Shown here: piece after piece, positions 61,101 to 64,000 of the stretch
Position numbering within the stretch: position 1 is the stretch's first letter
Layout: the number at the start of each line of letters is the position of its first letter
Assembly: GCF_037042905.1 (NCBI RefSeq)
Contig: NC_087252.1
Span: forward strand, 8,060,001 to 8,124,000
Direction: 5' to 3'
Source: Lytechinus pictus
Lineage: Eukaryota
DNA length: 64,000 nt
Made by a program: the position numbers and the translations under genes
The notes under the pieces: model-generated
Told to the model about the DNA's origin: nothing
Database searches by the model: none
Seen by the model: only the letters and a program-made list of their open reading frames with translations

Positions 61101-64000
61101 GGTGTATTACATGCTGCCGTGCACAGAAAAATTGCAGGCACGAAGCATGCACCTCTCTCTCTCTGAGCTGATTCTTCCACTTTTTTGGAGATTCTGGAGC
61201 CCAGACGAATCACTTCCATGGGATTGCGCGAAATTTGATACTTTGACGAAATCTAAAATCTAATCAAATTGTTCCATTGCACTGCACTTACCGATTGATG
61301 TACAGGGGGGTGACTTTTTGGACTTCAACTTTTGAATAAAAAATGCTTTTTGTTGCTGTTTACGTCGGTGCTTTGGACAATTGTGCAGACTAATTTTCGA
61401 CTAAGGAGGGCGCGCAATTTATATTCATATCAAAGACACTACAAGGAAAAGACTAGGCACTACCACTATTTTAATTACACACAAATCTAGCCAAGCGTTA
61501 TGCGAAGTCGGCAAAGTGTCTAATCTTTTTCCTGTATAGACTTTGGTGGATGTTTGTTGACAAAGGCTCGCACTGTTGGCTTCATTCAAGGCACATAAAA
61601 TTTTGGTTTAATTTGTCATCGCTTTAAATGATTTCCAAAGTGTCATTATCAGCGATAATAATCTAAAAGTATGTTTTGGAAGGTATTGCATTGATTGGTG
61701 TCCATATTTTATCAAACAAACAGACATTTTGCATACAATGAATTTAGGCAGTTATAAAATACCTACGACGAGCTGAATTATGTTTGTGAATTTTATTAGC
61801 GCCACCAATCCATCGAGCTTCCTTTTTATCTCTGTGGAACTTGAAGCATGGGAAGAGATAGATCTATGCGAACCCACTTTACAGGCCGAGGTAGGCAATT
61901 TTGTTTTTATATTTAAAAAATATTTTAAAATAAAAAGATGGATAGCCACTAAGTAACACAAACAGGTCTAACTAGTCTAAGTTAACCAGAAAGAGCCCCG
62001 CCTGGTGAGAAGCGAAAACGAGTTTCACTTGTCTTCAGCAAATATTTTATTTCTGTTATTGTTAACGAGGCAATGTTTACCAACCTTTCACTTTGTGTGA
62101 GTGGCCTAACCTTGTTCTCTGTTAGTGTTACAAGCATATGATCTAGATCTCAAACACTGACTGAGTGACTGACGGTGACGCCGCGCCTATTTATCACTAA
62201 GTATCACTGAGGAAACAACAAACACAAAAATGAAGGCGTGGGACCGCACAAAATGTGAATTTACATTTTGGAGACAACTCATGCCTTACTATGAAGAAAA
62301 AACGGCAAATGAACGAATTTCATACCTTTCCAGTAGACTTCAGTGGCTTGTTAGACAAAAGTGGAGGTGATTGGAACTAGAAATGAGACGAAATCAGCTG
62401 TGCAACGTGTCATCCGTATCACTTTCTGACGAAACCTACACTTTATCAATAGAAATAGATCTAGTCTTTGATCTCGATCTCCAGTCGGCACATTTGAACC
62501 GCGGGATTTACCGAGAGGGCTTGGCGTCTGTGAAGCACAGGCGGCGGAAGGGAGGGGGGGGGGGGAGGTCCTGTCCCCACAAAATTTGAGGTGGAGTGGA
62601 CGGATCCCCCCCCCCAAAAAAAAAAAAAACAATTTTCCAATTTTTTACCTGTGTCCATTCCTAAATTGGCAGGTGGTGGACCACCTAACAATAATTTTTG
62701 TGGTCTTCCCTAAATTTTGGTTGATAACTTTTTTTTGTTTTTTTTTTGCTTGTCCAATTTTTTACCTGTGTCCATATAGCGCAGCCCTAAATTTCAGGTG
62801 GACCCCCCCAACTTTTTTGGCTTCCGCCGCCAATGCTGTGAAGTGATATAAATTTTCCGGTCCAGCTATAGGTCGACAGTTCTGTTATATACTCTTTTTC
62901 TTCTCTTTATTTCCACACTGGTTCAGTGGGAGTTGAAAAATCAAAGGGGTCACCGCCGAAGGGGCGGGGGGGGGGGGGGGTCCCAATAATGGTGGATCAA
63001 AATGAGGGCCGGGTTGAAATTAAGCCCCCCCCTTCCGGCCCCTCCATGCTATACCTCCTCATGTTAATTTTATTGATGTATATATATATATAAATCATGA
63101 AAAAAGTTGTTTTCCAACATAAATCCACATAGGGAATTTGCCCTATGGCCAAACCTCTTATCTCTTGATATCAACATCGCAAAATATTGACAATTGTAGC
63201 CTTGCTCGCACGATGGGCTCATGGTGGATTGCAGTAAAAAATCAACAAATTTTCTGCTATATTGGGATGGGCAGTTTTCAACGCACATTTAATAAGCTCC
63301 CCAAAATGAATGAATGAATGAACAAAATAATAATATAGAATATTGGGGGGGGGGATGGGATAATGGGACTACAGGGGCAAATTTTGGAATTATTTAAAAG
63401 GGAAATTTATTTGTGATAGATTTTAGAAAATAGAATAATGAAAGCGGGTGAAGGGATCAATGAGTCAACCCCGATATTGGAACCTTTGGGGATGACTGCA
63501 TATGCCTCTCCTCCTCACCATAGAGGCGTAATGAGGAAACATTTTTTAGGGGACCAGATAAAATTGGCAAGCGAGCGAGCGAAGCTAGTGAGCAAAAATT
63601 TCGGCATTTCTATTACAAAAATCCAAATTGTGACAGATTTTAACATGTCAATATTAATAAAAAATAAAGTAGATTTCACCCTTTATCTCTTTCCTTTTTT
63701 TTTTATTGGTCGTGATTTTTTTAAACGGGGAGGCAATTAAGGGCGACCCCAAGCCCGCCTTCTGTACGTCACTGCTCCTCGCTGTGTATATATATGCCCA
63801 CTCTATGTGCAAGTGGTGTAACCCCAATTCCCAAATAATCTGAGATATCCCTGCAGGCCTTGCAGCCGACCGAGATTTACAAAGTCAAAGTTCACTTCCC
63901 CATTTCAGCCAAGCAGGTCTATCCCAAGCACGCCTCTGCATTATAAGAAGGTTAAAAACATTATTAGGCAGTATATACCAAGGTCACATCTAACCGGAGG

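Overview
AT-rich, intron-rich animal genomic DNA. The repeat landscape and gene style suggest an invertebrate deuterostome such as a sea urchin (inference). Three complete spliced genes could be assembled by hand with consistent GT-AG phases: a SAXO/FAM154-type axonemal microtubule-binding protein (+, 9179-21057, 7 exons, 520 aa), PEX19 (+, 27087-39987, 8 exons, 370 aa, CaaX end CSIM), and DPAGT1/ALG7 (-, 58460-47247, 9 coding exons, 416 aa), which converges on PEX19. The first ~3 kb looks like the end of a large EnSpm/CMC-like element carrying a decayed SAMD3-like spliced gene and an intronless orphan ORF. The rest is dense in non-autonomous DNA transposons (Kolobok-, piggyBac-, Harbinger-, EnSpm-, hAT- and pogo-type), SINEs, one LINE 3' end and microsatellites. 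A 168-N assembly gap lies at 33697-33864. The most interesting observations are a tandem/overlapping uORF leader plus a CRE site on DPAGT1, repeated partial exon duplications in PEX19 and DPAGT1 (one an intact in-frame 33-nt micro-exon), the orphan cargo ORF, and a ~1.9-kb intronic inverted transposon pair. All family assignments rest on motif recognition; no searches were run.
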